Positions 9,333-18,702 are shown, numbered from the stretch's first letter. The stretch: DNA of 34,079 nt from an uncultured Bacilli bacterium (GCA_944358755.1 CALVRY010000001.1:1-34079), one strand, 5' to 3'. Translations and numbers: made by a program. Notes: generated by a model not told the origin, from the sequence alone.

Positions 9333-9886
9333 ACGTCACAGAATTAAGACCTGGCAATTATTTCGAAGAAGAAGGTAATTTATACTACGTTATCGACATT
9401 TTACTTAACAAAACAGCTATGAGAAAAATGGTTGCTAAAGTTAAAGTTAAAAATGTTAGAACTGGCGCTATTACTGAACTTAGTGCTAATAGCGGTTATC
9501 AAGTTGAAACAGTTAGACTTGATAAAAAGAAAATGAATTATCTCTACGACAATGGCGATTTCTTAGTTTTCATGGATAATGAAACCTATGAGCAAGTAGA
9601 AATTCCAAAATCAAGATTAGAATGGGAAATCAAATTCTTAAAAGAAAACCAAGAAGTTGAAATTACTTCTTATGAAGATGAAATTTTAGGAATTAATCTT
9701 CCAGCTAAAGTTACTTTAAAAATTACTCACTGTGAACCAGCAGTTAGAGGCGATACAGTCAACAAAGCAATGAAAGATGCAGTAGTTGAAACTGGTTTAA
9801 AAATTAGAGTACCATTATTTATTAATGAAGGCGATAACGTACTTGTCAGAACAGATACTGGCGATTACGATGGCAGAGCTAACTAA
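9329..9886 (+). CDS. efp: translation elongation factor P
   Basis: 185 aa with the three-domain EF-P pattern (N-terminal RPGN..., C-terminal GLKIRVPLFINEGDNVLVRTDTGDY). Its ATG overlaps the preceding TGA. Confidence 0.9.
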   Translation: MNVTELRPGNYFEEEGNLYYVIDILLNKTAMRKMVAKVKVKNVRTGAITELSANSGYQVETVRLDKKKMNYLYDNGDFLVFMDNETYEQVEIPKSRLEWEIKFLKENQEVEITSYEDEILGINLPAKVTLKITHCEPAVRGDTVNKAMKDAVVETGLKIRVPLFINEGDNVLVRTDTGDYDGRAN

Positions 9887-9900
9887 TTTAGGAAGTTAAA

Positions 9901-10122
9901 ATGGTTGAAGCTTGGCAAGTTGCTCTTTATTGTATTCTCTGTTTAATTGTTGGATTAGTAATAGGCTATTTCGTAGCTCGTTACGTTTTCAAAAAACAAC
10001 TCGAGAAAAATCCACCTATTAATGAAAATATGATTCGTGTTATGTATCAACAAATGGGTAGAAAACCTAGTGAGGCGCAAATCAGACAAATCATGAATAG
10101 TGTTAAGAAGCAACAAAAGTAG
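9901..10122 (+). CDS. UPF0154/YneF-family small membrane protein
   Basis: 73 aa with one N-terminal TM helix followed by NPPINENMIRVMYQQMGRKPSEAQIRQIM, which is characteristic of YneF. Confidence 0.75.
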   Translation: MVEAWQVALYCILCLIVGLVIGYFVARYVFKKQLEKNPPINENMIRVMYQQMGRKPSEAQIRQIMNSVKKQQK

Positions 10123-10140
10123 TAATATCAAAAGTCAATG

Positions 10141-10168
10141 AAAAACGCGATAATAATCGCGTTTTTTT
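10141..10168. terminator. bidirectional rho-independent terminator
   Basis: The sequence is AAAAACGCGAT-AATA-ATCGCGTTTTTTT. It forms a 7-bp GC-containing stem flanked by an A-run and a T-run. It lies between the convergent yneF and plsY. Confidence 0.7.
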
Positions 10169-10202
10169 ATTATCTGTAAAAATTTTGTAAGTTTTCCACA
10201 TA

Positions 10203-10229
10203 TACTAGAAAACTACTAATTATCTACTA
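10203..10229 (-). repeat. phased TAGTA array B (3 units, 11-bp register)
   Basis: The minus strand reads TAGTAGATAAT|TAGTAGTTTTC|TAGTATATGTG. On the plus strand, TACTA occurs at 10203, 10214 and 10225. The array lies immediately 3' of the plsY stop. Confidence 0.8.
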
Positions 10230-10233
10230 ATTG

Positions 10234-10986
10234 TTATTTCATCCAATGAATTTTATTCTCTTCACCTTTTTTTAATTTGATTAGATTACCTCTATGTTTG
10301 AAAACCAATAAGACGTATCCAATTGAAAAGAAAACAGGTAAATAAATTGATACATGAGGTCCAAATTCAGAGAACATTAAATATCCTGAAATTGTAGGTC
10401 CACATGTTGCAAACACAATGTATACAATCCAAGAAAATAAAGTAATACAACCAGTTGTGATTATCGATGTAATAGAAACAATTTTAGTTTTCTTTAAACA
10501 TATAAAGAAAATAGCAGCGAAAATTGGAATTGCAGTCCATGAAGTAGCAAGAATAAATCCTGCAAAAGTAGAAACGATTTTTCCACCTTTAAAACCTAAG
10601 AAGCAGCTATAAGCATGACCAAACATGCAACCAAGAGCGACTAAATAATAAGTTAATTCAGCTAAAGTATTACCTTGGCCAAAAATGTTATATGTTAAGT
10701 CATCGCCAAGCATCAATTGAGCAGCAGGTTCAAAATAAGTAAATAGTGCAAAAATGCTTAAAAATGGGATTATTACCTTGAAAAAATCAAGTGCCATCGT
10801 TGCGACACCAGCTCCTTTTGAAATTGAGCGTCCAACATTTGTTCCTCCGGGATTATGACTTCCATAATCACGTGGATCTTTGTGATAAAAAATTTTACTA
10901 ATAATTACACTATTTGGGATACTTCCAAATAGGTAGCCTAATAGAAAACAACCAATAAGTATCAATGTTCTGTAAAAGTAAATCAT
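10234..10986 (-). CDS. plsY: glycerol-3-phosphate acyltransferase PlsY
   Basis: 250 aa, polytopic, with GSIPNS and HNPGGTNVGR motifs. Confidence 0.9.
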   Translation of the reverse strand: MIYFYRTLILIGCFLLGYLFGSIPNSVIISKIFYHKDPRDYGSHNPGGTNVGRSISKGAGVATMALDFFKVIIPFLSIFALFTYFEPAAQLMLGDDLTYNIFGQGNTLAELTYYLVALGCMFGHAYSCFLGFKGGKIVSTFAGFILATSWTAIPIFAAIFFICLKKTKIVSITSIITTGCITLFSWIVYIVFATCGPTISGYLMFSEFGPHVSIYLPVFFSIGYVLLVFKHRGNLIKLKKGEENKIHWMK

Positions 10987-11170
10987 ATAATGATTTTACT
11001 ACATAAACTCATCTTTTTGATATCTGCTTTTTATAAAACCGCTTTCATAGGATAAAAAGCAAGCCATAAAGTTAAACAATTTTGATAAAATATTGTAATT
11101 TCTCTCAAAAAATCATCATTTTTTAATGAAAAATATTTATTAAAAAGTAATTAATAAAACAATATTTTTT

Positions 11171-11179
11171 TGATACAAT
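11171..11179 (+). promoter_or_regulatory. candidate extended -10 element (TGATACAAT) upstream of parE
   Basis: The element ends 15 nt before the parE ATG with no SD in between. This implies a very short leader if it is used. Confidence 0.3.
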
Positions 11180-11194
11180 TAATTAGTTGAATTT

Positions 11195-13126
11195 ATGAGT
11201 AATTATGATGCAAGCAATATAGAATTATTGTCTGGTCTTGAGGGAGTTAGAAAAAGACCAGCCATGTATATTGGAAGTACCAATAGCATGGGTTTACACC
11301 ATTTAGTTTGGGAAATAGTTGATAACGCAGTAGATGAAGCTTTAAATGGATTCGGAAATAAAATTACAGTAACAATCCACAAAGATGGATCGGTTTCTGT
11401 TCTTGATGAAGGACGTGGAATTCCTTGCGATATCCATAAGCAAACAAAAATACCTGCGATTCAACTCATTTTCTCAACATTACATAGCGGTGGTAAATTT
11501 AACGATACCGCTTACAAATCCTCAGCTGGACTTCATGGTGTAGGAAGTAGCGTTACAAATGCGCTAAGTGTTTTTTGTGATATCACCGTTTATCGTGATA
11601 ACAAAATCTACCATTTGAGATTTGAAAATGGTGGCAAATTGAAAACACCATTAGAAGTTTTAGGCTCTACAATAAAACACGGGACTCTTGTTACGTTTAA
11701 ACCAGACGACAAGATTTTCTCAACTGTTGAATTTAATTACGATAGAATCGCTTCCCATCTTCAAGAAAGCGCATTTCTTCTTAAAAAAGTCCGTTTTATC
11801 TTAATTGATGAAAGAAACGGCAATAAAGATGAATTTTATTATGAACACGGATTAAAAGAATATGTCGAAGAAATGAATCAAAACAAGACCCCAATTGGTC
11901 CTGTTGTATCTTTCGAAGATGAAAGCAATAATATTTCTACTGAAATTGCTATCCAATATTGTTATAACGACTATAACGAAACAATTAGAAGTTATGTAAA
12001 TAATGTTCATACAGCTGATGGTGGTACCCACGAAGTTGGTTTTAAAATTGGCATCACAAGAGCAGTTAATGAGTACGCCGAAAATAACAGTTTATTAAGA
12101 AGTAAAACTAAACTTGATGGAAGTGATATTAGAGAAGGTTTAACAGCTGTTATTTCTTTACGTTTACCTGAATCAATTCTTGAATTTGAAGGTCAAACTA
12201 AGGGAAAACTTGGCACACAAATCGCTCAAAATATTGTTTCTAACCTTGTTTATACTAAATTTTCTTACTATTTAAACGAAAATAAAGAATTTGCTGTTCG
12301 ACTTGTTAAAAAATGTCAAGATTCAATGAATGCTCGTCTTGCTGCAAGAAAAGCAAAAGATGAAGCTAGAACTAAGAAAAAATCAAAAGACAGCATTATT
12401 TTAAGTGATAAATTAACTCCAGCTCAAAGTAAAGATTACGATAAAAATGAACTTTTCATTGTTGAAGGAGATTCCGCAGGTGGAAGTGCCAAAAAAGGAA
12501 GAGACCCAAAATTCCAAGCAATTCTCCCTTTAAGAGGTAAACCATTAAATACTGACTCACTTACAATGGAAAAAATTCTTCAAAACCAAGAATTCGCAAC
12601 AATTATTAACACAATTGGAGCGGGAGTTGGTCAAAATTTTGATGTAAGTGAATCTCATTATGGAAAAATCATCATTATGAGTGATGCTGATACTGATGGA
12701 GCTCACATTCAAACTTTATTATTAACTTTCTTCTATAACAACATGAGATCTTTAATTACCGAAGGCAAAGTTTTTATTGCTGTTCCACCTTTATATCGTA
12801 TTTTTAAAACTGATGCTAAAGGTAAAACAACCGAAACTTACGCTTGGGATGATAAAGGTTTAGAAGAAGGTAAGAAAAAGATTGGTGCCGGATATAAAGT
12901 TTCACGTTATAAAGGACTTGGAGAAATGAGTCCTCAACAACTAAAAGCAACAACTATGGACCCAAAAAATAGATTATTAATCCAAGTTAACATTGATGAT
13001 CCATTAGCAGTTGAAAATAAAGTTGCTGTTTTAATGGGAAAAGATGCTGATAAACGTAAAAAGTGGCTCGAACAAAACGTTGACTTCAACGAAGAAGATT
13101 CTTTTATCAAGGAGGTAAGACATTAA
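11195..13126 (+). CDS. parE: DNA topoisomerase IV subunit B
   Basis: 643 aa with GHKL ATPase and TOPRIM motifs (GLHHLVWEIVDNAVDE, EGDSAGGSAK, IMSDADTDGAHI). It is paired with a ParC-type A subunit. Confidence 0.8.
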   Translation: MSNYDASNIELLSGLEGVRKRPAMYIGSTNSMGLHHLVWEIVDNAVDEALNGFGNKITVTIHKDGSVSVLDEGRGIPCDIHKQTKIPAIQLIFSTLHSGGKFNDTAYKSSAGLHGVGSSVTNALSVFCDITVYRDNKIYHLRFENGGKLKTPLEVLGSTIKHGTLVTFKPDDKIFSTVEFNYDRIASHLQESAFLLKKVRFILIDERNGNKDEFYYEHGLKEYVEEMNQNKTPIGPVVSFEDESNNISTEIAIQYCYNDYNETIRSYVNNVHTADGGTHEVGFKIGITRAVNEYAENNSLLRSKTKLDGSDIREGLTAVISLRLPESILEFEGQTKGKLGTQIAQNIVSNLVYTKFSYYLNENKEFAVRLVKKCQDSMNARLAARKAKDEARTKKKSKDSIILSDKLTPAQSKDYDKNELFIVEGDSAGGSAKKGRDPKFQAILPLRGKPLNTDSLTMEKILQNQEFATIINTIGAGVGQNFDVSESHYGKIIIMSDADTDGAHIQTLLLTFFYNNMRSLITEGKVFIAVPPLYRIFKTDAKGKTTETYAWDDKGLEEGKKKIGAGYKVSRYKGLGEMSPQQLKATTMDPKNRLLIQVNIDDPLAVENKVAVLMGKDADKRKKWLEQNVDFNEEDSFIKEVRH

Positions 13127-13127
13127 T

Positions 13128-15761
13128 ATGGTTAGAAAAGAAATTGTTGAACCTATTTCCGAAAATGTTAGTGTTGAATCTCTTGATACTGTAATGGGTG
13201 ATAAATATGCGGTTTACGCAAAATATGTCATTCAAGATAGAGCTATTCCGGATGTTAGAGATGGTTTAAAACCAGTACAAAGAAGAATCATCTACTCAAT
13301 GTATCAAAACGGCAACACTTATGAAAAGCAAACTAAAAAGTGTGCCAAAATCGTCGGTGATGTTATGGGTAGATTTCACCCTCACGGTGACTCTTCAATT
13401 TATGAAGCATTAGTCAGAATGTCTCAACCTTGGAAAATGTCTGAACCATTAGTTGTTTTTCAAGGAAATAATGGTTCAATCGATAACGATCCAGCAGCTG
13501 CTTATCGTTACACTGAAGCAAAATTAAACGAATTTAGTGAAAATTTAATCGATGATATCGATAAAAATACAGTCGACATGTCTTTAAACTTTGATGATAC
13601 AGAGTTTGAACCAGTCGTTTTACCATGCCGTTTTCCAAATTTATATGTTAATGGAAGTGATGGAATTGCTGTTGCAATTGCAACTCAAATTCCGCCTCAC
13701 AATTTAAATGAAATGTGTAATGCGGTTATTTATCGTATTCAACATCCATCATGTTCACTTGATGAACTATTAGAAATTGTTCAAGGTCCTGATTTTCCAA
13801 CCGGTGGCGTTATCTATAAATCCCAAGGAATTAGAGATATTTATGAAACAGGTCGTGGAAAAATCGAAATTGCTTCGAAATTAACAGTTAATACATCAAA
13901 TAAGAACTTTAACGAAATAGTCATTACTGAAATTCCTTATGGTGTTGTTAAGCAAAACCTTGTTTTTAGTATTGATAAAATCAAAAAATCACACGAAATT
14001 GATGGAATAAACGAAGTTAAAGATCTTTCTAGTGGTGATAATATTGAAATTGTTATCGAAACCAAAAAAGAAGTTGATCCACAAATTATCATTGCTTATT
14101 TAATGAACAAAACTCAATTAAAGGTTTCTTATTCTTCAAATATTGTTGCAATTTGTGATAAACATCCAAAAACTTTATCTTTAACTGATTATTTAGATTA
14201 CTATATTACTTTCCAAGTTGAAGTAATTACTAGAAGAACTGAATTTTTACTTAAAAAAGCCAAAGATAGATTACATATTGTCGAAGGCTTAATTAAGGCG
14301 ATTAGTATTATTAATGAAGTTGTTGCTCTTATTAGAAAAAGTAAAGATAAAGCTGATGCAAAAATCAATTTACAAAAAGCATTTGGCTTTACCGAACCTC
14401 AATCTGAAGCAATCGTTTCAATGAGATTATATAGACTCACTAATACAGACGTCACGATTTATACAGTAGAAAGAGACAATTTAATTGCTCAAATTAAAGA
14501 TTTTGAAGAAACTTTATCAAATCCAAACAAATTAAGAAAAATTATTATTAATGATTTAAAAGAAATCGTTAAAAAGTTTGGAAGAGATAGAAGATCCATT
14601 ATTGAAGAAAAAGAAGAAGAAATTCAAATCGATAAGCGTGATCTCATTGCAAAAGAAGATGTTTATGTTGTTGTAACTCGAGATGGCTACATTAAACGTA
14701 GTAGTTTAAAGAGCTATAAATCTTCAAATGGCGCATTACCTGGAGTAAAAATTAATGACTCAATTGTAATGGCGGATATTGCAAATACTGTCGATTATGT
14801 CTTATGTTTTACCGATAAAGGCAATTATATTGTTTTACCAGTACACGAAATTTTAGAAGGTAAATGGAAAGATGAAGGAAAACACATTAACTACATTTGT
14901 AATTTACCTTTAAAAGAATCAATTATTAAATGTATTATCGTTAAAGATTTTAATATTGGTGTTACAATTTGTTCAGTTTCTAAACTTGGACAAATTAAAA
15001 AGACCTATTTAAGCGAATTTTATTCTCAAAGAACAAATAAACCAATTTGTTGTATGAAATTAACAAGCACAGATGAAATGGTTGATGTTTGTGTATTACA
15101 TGGTAATTCAAACATTTTAATCATGACAAAAGCTGGAAAAGCAACATATTTCAATGAAAATGATATTGCTGATACAAGATTAAAAACAAGCGGTGTTAAA
15201 TGTATAGCAACTTTAAGCGATTCGACAATTTGTTCAGTTACACCATTTGAAATTGGCGAAAGATGCAAGTTACTTTTCTTAACAAATTTGGGTATGTGCA
15301 AGATTTTAGATTCAAATACACTAAATTTACGACACAGATTAGAAAAATGTGATATGCTTCTTAAATCATTTAAAACTGAAATTCATGATTTAATAACACT
15401 TAAAAAAGTTACTAATGGTACTGATAAAGTAGTAATGGATTGCATTTTAGACAATTCTTCTAATTTAGAGCTTACTTTTGATGATTTCCATGTAACACCA
15501 TTAGAAAAATATTGCAGAAAGAATATTGATGCTCTTCCTGACGGTAGAAAGATTTCGTTTATTTTCAATTTTGAGGTAGAAAAAGTAGATGAAAAGACAA
15601 AAGTTGAAAAAAGAAGAGCAAGAAGCGTTTCAAAACCAGCTATTGATGATCAACAAGTTAAAGTTGTAAAAATCGATTATGAAGGCGAAATCGAACAAGA
15701 TTTACCTGAAGAAACTGGCAAAGTTGAACAAATTTCAATATTTGACGATATGGGCGATTAA
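13128..15761 (+). CDS. parC: DNA topoisomerase IV subunit A
   Basis: 877 aa. It has DGLKPVQRR (Q as in ParC, where GyrA has H) and an AAAYRYTEAKL active-site Tyr region. The C-terminal domain has no GyrA box (QRRGGKG). It carries an acidic C-terminal tail. Confidence 0.8.
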   Translation: MVRKEIVEPISENVSVESLDTVMGDKYAVYAKYVIQDRAIPDVRDGLKPVQRRIIYSMYQNGNTYEKQTKKCAKIVGDVMGRFHPHGDSSIYEALVRMSQPWKMSEPLVVFQGNNGSIDNDPAAAYRYTEAKLNEFSENLIDDIDKNTVDMSLNFDDTEFEPVVLPCRFPNLYVNGSDGIAVAIATQIPPHNLNEMCNAVIYRIQHPSCSLDELLEIVQGPDFPTGGVIYKSQGIRDIYETGRGKIEIASKLTVNTSNKNFNEIVITEIPYGVVKQNLVFSIDKIKKSHEIDGINEVKDLSSGDNIEIVIETKKEVDPQIIIAYLMNKTQLKVSYSSNIVAICDKHPKTLSLTDYLDYYITFQVEVITRRTEFLLKKAKDRLHIVEGLIKAISIINEVVALIRKSKDKADAKINLQKAFGFTEPQSEAIVSMRLYRLTNTDVTIYTVERDNLIAQIKDFEETLSNPNKLRKIIINDLKEIVKKFGRDRRSIIEEKEEEIQIDKRDLIAKEDVYVVVTRDGYIKRSSLKSYKSSNGALPGVKINDSIVMADIANTVDYVLCFTDKGNYIVLPVHEILEGKWKDEGKHINYICNLPLKESIIKCIIVKDFNIGVTICSVSKLGQIKKTYLSEFYSQRTNKPICCMKLTSTDEMVDVCVLHGNSNILIMTKAGKATYFNENDIADTRLKTSGVKCIATLSDSTICSVTPFEIGERCKLLFLTNLGMCKILDSNTLNLRHRLEKCDMLLKSFKTEIHDLITLKKVTNGTDKVVMDCILDNSSNLELTFDDFHVTPLEKYCRKNIDALPDGRKISFIFNFEVEKVDEKTKVEKRRARSVSKPAIDDQQVKVVKIDYEGEIEQDLPEETGKVEQISIFDDMGD

Positions 15762-16000
15762 GAAATCACTTGTATCGAATTAATAAACGTAACAATTAAG
15801 ATTATAGTTAGTGAAACAATGGCAATGATGTCAAAAACAAAAATGTGGAGTAGTGTAATGTTTTCTCTTTTAGAAGATAAAACAAGCGAAGGAACGAGAA
15901 ATAAATATCCAATAAATGGTATAAAAACTGAAATAATGACTCCAATAGTGCTTAAGCCAATACACAAATTTTGTCTAGTTTTGATATCTAATTTATCCAT
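15758..16000 (-). CDS. possible small two-TM membrane protein (hypothetical)
   Basis: 80 aa with two clear hydrophobic helices. Its stop overlaps the parC stop antiparallel (TTAA). No convincing SD was seen. The competing plus-strand ORF 15819-16055 looks non-coding. Confidence 0.35.
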   Translation of the reverse strand: MDKLDIKTRQNLCIGLSTIGVIISVFIPFIGYLFLVPSLVLSSKRENITLLHIFVFDIIAIVSLTIILIVTFINSIQVIS

Positions 16001-16059
16001 GTTTAAAATTACATTTCAAACCACCAAAAATTCAATCAAATTAGCAAAAAGTTGATAAT

Positions 16060-16097
16060 TAGTAGGTTCTTAGTAGTTTTCTAGTAAATAATAGGTA
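16060..16097 (+). repeat. phased TAGTA array C (3 units plus a slipped fourth)
   Basis: The sequence reads TAGTAGGTTCT|TAGTAGTTTTC|TAGTAAATAAT|AGGTATG. TAGTA occurs at 16060, 16071 and 16082. The array ends 8 nt before the yqeG ATG. Confidence 0.8.
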
Positions 16098-16104
16098 TGT
16101 ATTC

Positions 16105-16626
16105 ATGTTTAAAATATTCACGCCAACATATGTTGCAAAAAATGTTTATGAAATAAATGTCGATTTTTTTAAAAAGATTGGAATCAAATGTATCATCTGT
16201 GATCTCGACAATACACTTGATGCTTATTACGAACAATATCCAACAGAAAAAGCCATGGATTTCGTTAAAAAATTAAAAGAAGCAGAAATCGATATTTTTC
16301 TAACCTCAAACAATACCGAAACAAGAGTAAAACCATATGCCGATAAATTAAATATCAACTATATTTTTTCGTGCAGAAAACCTTTAGTTTTCAAGTTCAA
16401 AAAAGTATTAAAAAATTTCAAATATGATCGAAAAGATTGCTTAATCATTGGCGACCAAGTTTTTACTGATGTACTTTTTGCAAATAGACTAAAAATTAAA
16501 TCAATTTTGTGCGATAATTTAGTAAGTAAGGACCAATTCTTTACTAAAATTAATAAGTTCTTCGATAAATACATTAGAAGATACTTAAAAAAGCACAATA
16601 AATTAACCGATTGGAGGGAAATTTAA
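16105..16626 (+). CDS. yqeG: YqeG-family HAD phosphatase
   Basis: 173 aa with the DLDNTL HAD motif I and GDQVFTD motif. It is the first gene of the conserved yqeG-yqeH operon. Confidence 0.8.
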   Translation: MFKIFTPTYVAKNVYEINVDFFKKIGIKCIICDLDNTLDAYYEQYPTEKAMDFVKKLKEAEIDIFLTSNNTETRVKPYADKLNINYIFSCRKPLVFKFKKVLKNFKYDRKDCLIIGDQVFTDVLFANRLKIKSILCDNLVSKDQFFTKINKFFDKYIRRYLKKHNKLTDWREI

Positions 16627-16629
16627 ACT

Positions 16630-17778
16630 ATGGCTGAACTTAACAAATTACAAAGATGTTATCATTGTGGGGCTTTATTACAATCAACAGACCCTAAAAA
16701 AGAAGGTTACATTTCTCCAGATATTATCGAAAAATATCCTGAAGGATTATTGCTATGCAATAATTGCTATAAAACCGAAAGATTCACCAATATTCCAAAA
16801 GAAGCTAGCTTCGATGAAGAATATACTAAAATTCTTGATGTGATTAGAAGTAAAAAAGCTTTGGTTGTGTATGTTGTTGATTTATTCTCATTTGAAGGCT
16901 CATTTATCAATAAAATCATTACAATGCTCGAAGGTATCGACGTTTTAGTAGTTGCTAATAAAAGAGATTTATTGCCTGCAAATTTAGATGATAACGACTT
17001 AAAAGAATATGTCAGTCATAGATTAAGAGTTGCCAAATTTAACGTAATTGATACAGTCATTACCTCAACAAATAATGGTGGTTATAATCTTGACGAAATG
17101 TTTAAATTAATCGCTAAATATTCAGAAGGAAGAGATGTTTATTTCGTTGGTGCAAGTACAAGTGGAAAATCTGCATTAATCAGCGAATTCCTTAAACAAT
17201 ATCTCAACAATACTTCAAAAATGATTGTTACTTATACATTCAGCAATACAAATTTACGTGGTTTCAGAATTCCAATCACAAACAAAACTTATATCTATGA
17301 AACTCCTGGAACATCGACAGATAACTCCTTAATTTCCAAAGTTGAAAGATCAGTTTATAACCTAATTACTCCTAAAAAAGAAGTAAAAGGTAAGAAAATC
17401 ACTCTCACCAAAGGAACATGCTTATTATTTGGTTCACTTGCTTGTATTGAATTGCTTTCCAAAGAAAAAACAGTTTTATACGCTTATGTATCAGATAAAG
17501 TAGAGCTTAAATCACATAAATCACTTGTCGGCGATAACGCAAAATATGTTGCAAACATTTTCGAAAAAGGAAGTTTAAAGCCAGCTAGTGAAAGATTTAA
17601 ATCAATCAAAGACTTCGATGTTTATGAATTCCAAGTTACTGAAGATGGACAAAGAGACATAGGCATATTAGGTCTTGGATGGATAAATTTTGTTGGAAAT
17701 AAGCAAACATTTAGAATTTGTGTACCAAAAGGAGTCTACGTTTATACAACACGTAGTAAAGTAAAAAATGATTTCTAA
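16630..17778 (+). CDS. yqeH: ribosome biogenesis GTPase YqeH (circularly permuted GTPase)
   Basis: 382 aa with an N-terminal CxxC...CxxC zinc finger. The G motifs are in permuted order (ANKRDL before GASTSGKS). Confidence 0.85.
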   Translation: MAELNKLQRCYHCGALLQSTDPKKEGYISPDIIEKYPEGLLLCNNCYKTERFTNIPKEASFDEEYTKILDVIRSKKALVVYVVDLFSFEGSFINKIITMLEGIDVLVVANKRDLLPANLDDNDLKEYVSHRLRVAKFNVIDTVITSTNNGGYNLDEMFKLIAKYSEGRDVYFVGASTSGKSALISEFLKQYLNNTSKMIVTYTFSNTNLRGFRIPITNKTYIYETPGTSTDNSLISKVERSVYNLITPKKEVKGKKITLTKGTCLLFGSLACIELLSKEKTVLYAYVSDKVELKSHKSLVGDNAKYVANIFEKGSLKPASERFKSIKDFDVYEFQVTEDGQRDIGILGLGWINFVGNKQTFRICVPKGVYVYTTRSKVKNDF

Positions 17779-18073
17779 TAAAAATAAACAACAACTTAAA
17801 AAAATAGCACATAGTAGTGAAGTGCTTAAAATCAATATTGGTAAAGAATTATTAAACAATCAAGTAATTCAAAGTATTTTAAATGCTTTTAATACAAGAG
17901 AATTAATTAAGATTTCTTTTTTAAGAAGTGCAGTCGAAAGCGGTGATAAAAATACCATTATTCTAGATCTCACAAGTGCTTTAAAATGCGATGTTGTTCA
18001 AATTATCGGAAATACAGTATTAATTTATAAACCAAATCCTAAATTAAAAGACCATATTGTATTAGAAAAGTAG
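17768..18073 (+). CDS. yhbY: YhbY/YqeI CRM-domain RNA-binding protein
   Basis: 101 aa with the pattern KQQLKKIAH...INIGKELL...RELIKISF typical of YhbY. Confidence 0.8.
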   Translation: MISNKNKQQLKKIAHSSEVLKINIGKELLNNQVIQSILNAFNTRELIKISFLRSAVESGDKNTIILDLTSALKCDVVQIIGNTVLIYKPNPKLKDHIVLEK

Positions 18074-18078
18074 TTTTT

Positions 18079-18702
18079 ATGTCTTTAAATAAGAAAATTT
18101 ATTCACATTTTGAAATAAATAGTGGAAGTGACATAAAAATTGATGATTTTGTACTAGATTTATTAAAAAACACTATAAAAAGTGATAAAAGGGTGGCACA
18201 TTCCATAAGTGTTGCTAATTTAGCTTATAAAATAGCGCTTGGCAACAATTTGAATGACCCTTTTTATTATTACTTAGCAGGGCTATTTCATGATATAGCT
18301 AAAGGAATCGACAAAAAAGAAGCAGTAAAGCTCATGAATTTGCATTATAAAGAGTATTTAGATTTGCCTGCTTTCTCATATCATCAATTTTTAGGCGAAT
18401 ATTTAACCAAAAAACTAATTGGAATAGAAGATAATGCGATACTTGATGCGATTAAGTTTCATTGTACAGGAAAAGCAAATATGACGAGTTTAGACAAAAT
18501 CATTTACGCATCAGACAAAATCGATCCTTTAAGAGGTTATGATTCTAGCGACATGATTAATTCGATGCTAGAAAATCACGAAAAAGGTTTTTTATATGTC
18601 TTAGACGAAAATCATAAATTTCTTATAAATAAAACAAATGATTTAAATTCAGTTAATAATAGATTATCTAGAGAATGCTTCGAATATTATCTTAAAAAAT
18701 AG
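18079..18702 (+). CDS. yqeK: HD-domain protein YqeK (bis(5'-nucleosyl)-tetraphosphatase family)
   Basis: 207 aa with H...HD metal motifs (AHSISV, LFHDIAK, FHCTG). It occupies the Bacillus yqe operon position and ends in TAG TAG. Confidence 0.8.
   Translation: MSLNKKIYSHFEINSGSDIKIDDFVLDLLKNTIKSDKRVAHSISVANLAYKIALGNNLNDPFYYYLAGLFHDIAKGIDKKEAVKLMNLHYKEYLDLPAFSYHQFLGEYLTKKLIGIEDNAILDAIKFHCTGKANMTSLDKIIYASDKIDPLRGYDSSDMINSMLENHEKGFLYVLDENHKFLINKTNDLNSVNNRLSRECFEYYLKK

Noticed and set aside
10192-10200. DnaA-box-like TTTTCCACA next to array B
   Set aside because: It is a single 8/9 match with no cluster and no dnaA or dnaN nearby. The region appears to be near the terminus, not the origin.
10160-10200. 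A second dif-like site next to array B, by analogy with the half-copy-plus-dif arrangement at 18700-18750
   Set aside because: The adjacent sequence (minus strand: GGAAAACTTACAAAATTTTTACAGATAAT) shares only ACTT with dif. It lacks the TTATGTAAA arm.
15819-16055. 78-aa plus-strand ORF between parC and yqeG
   Set aside because: It lies antisense to a more gene-like two-TM ORF (15758-16000). It has no SD and no recognisable motifs.
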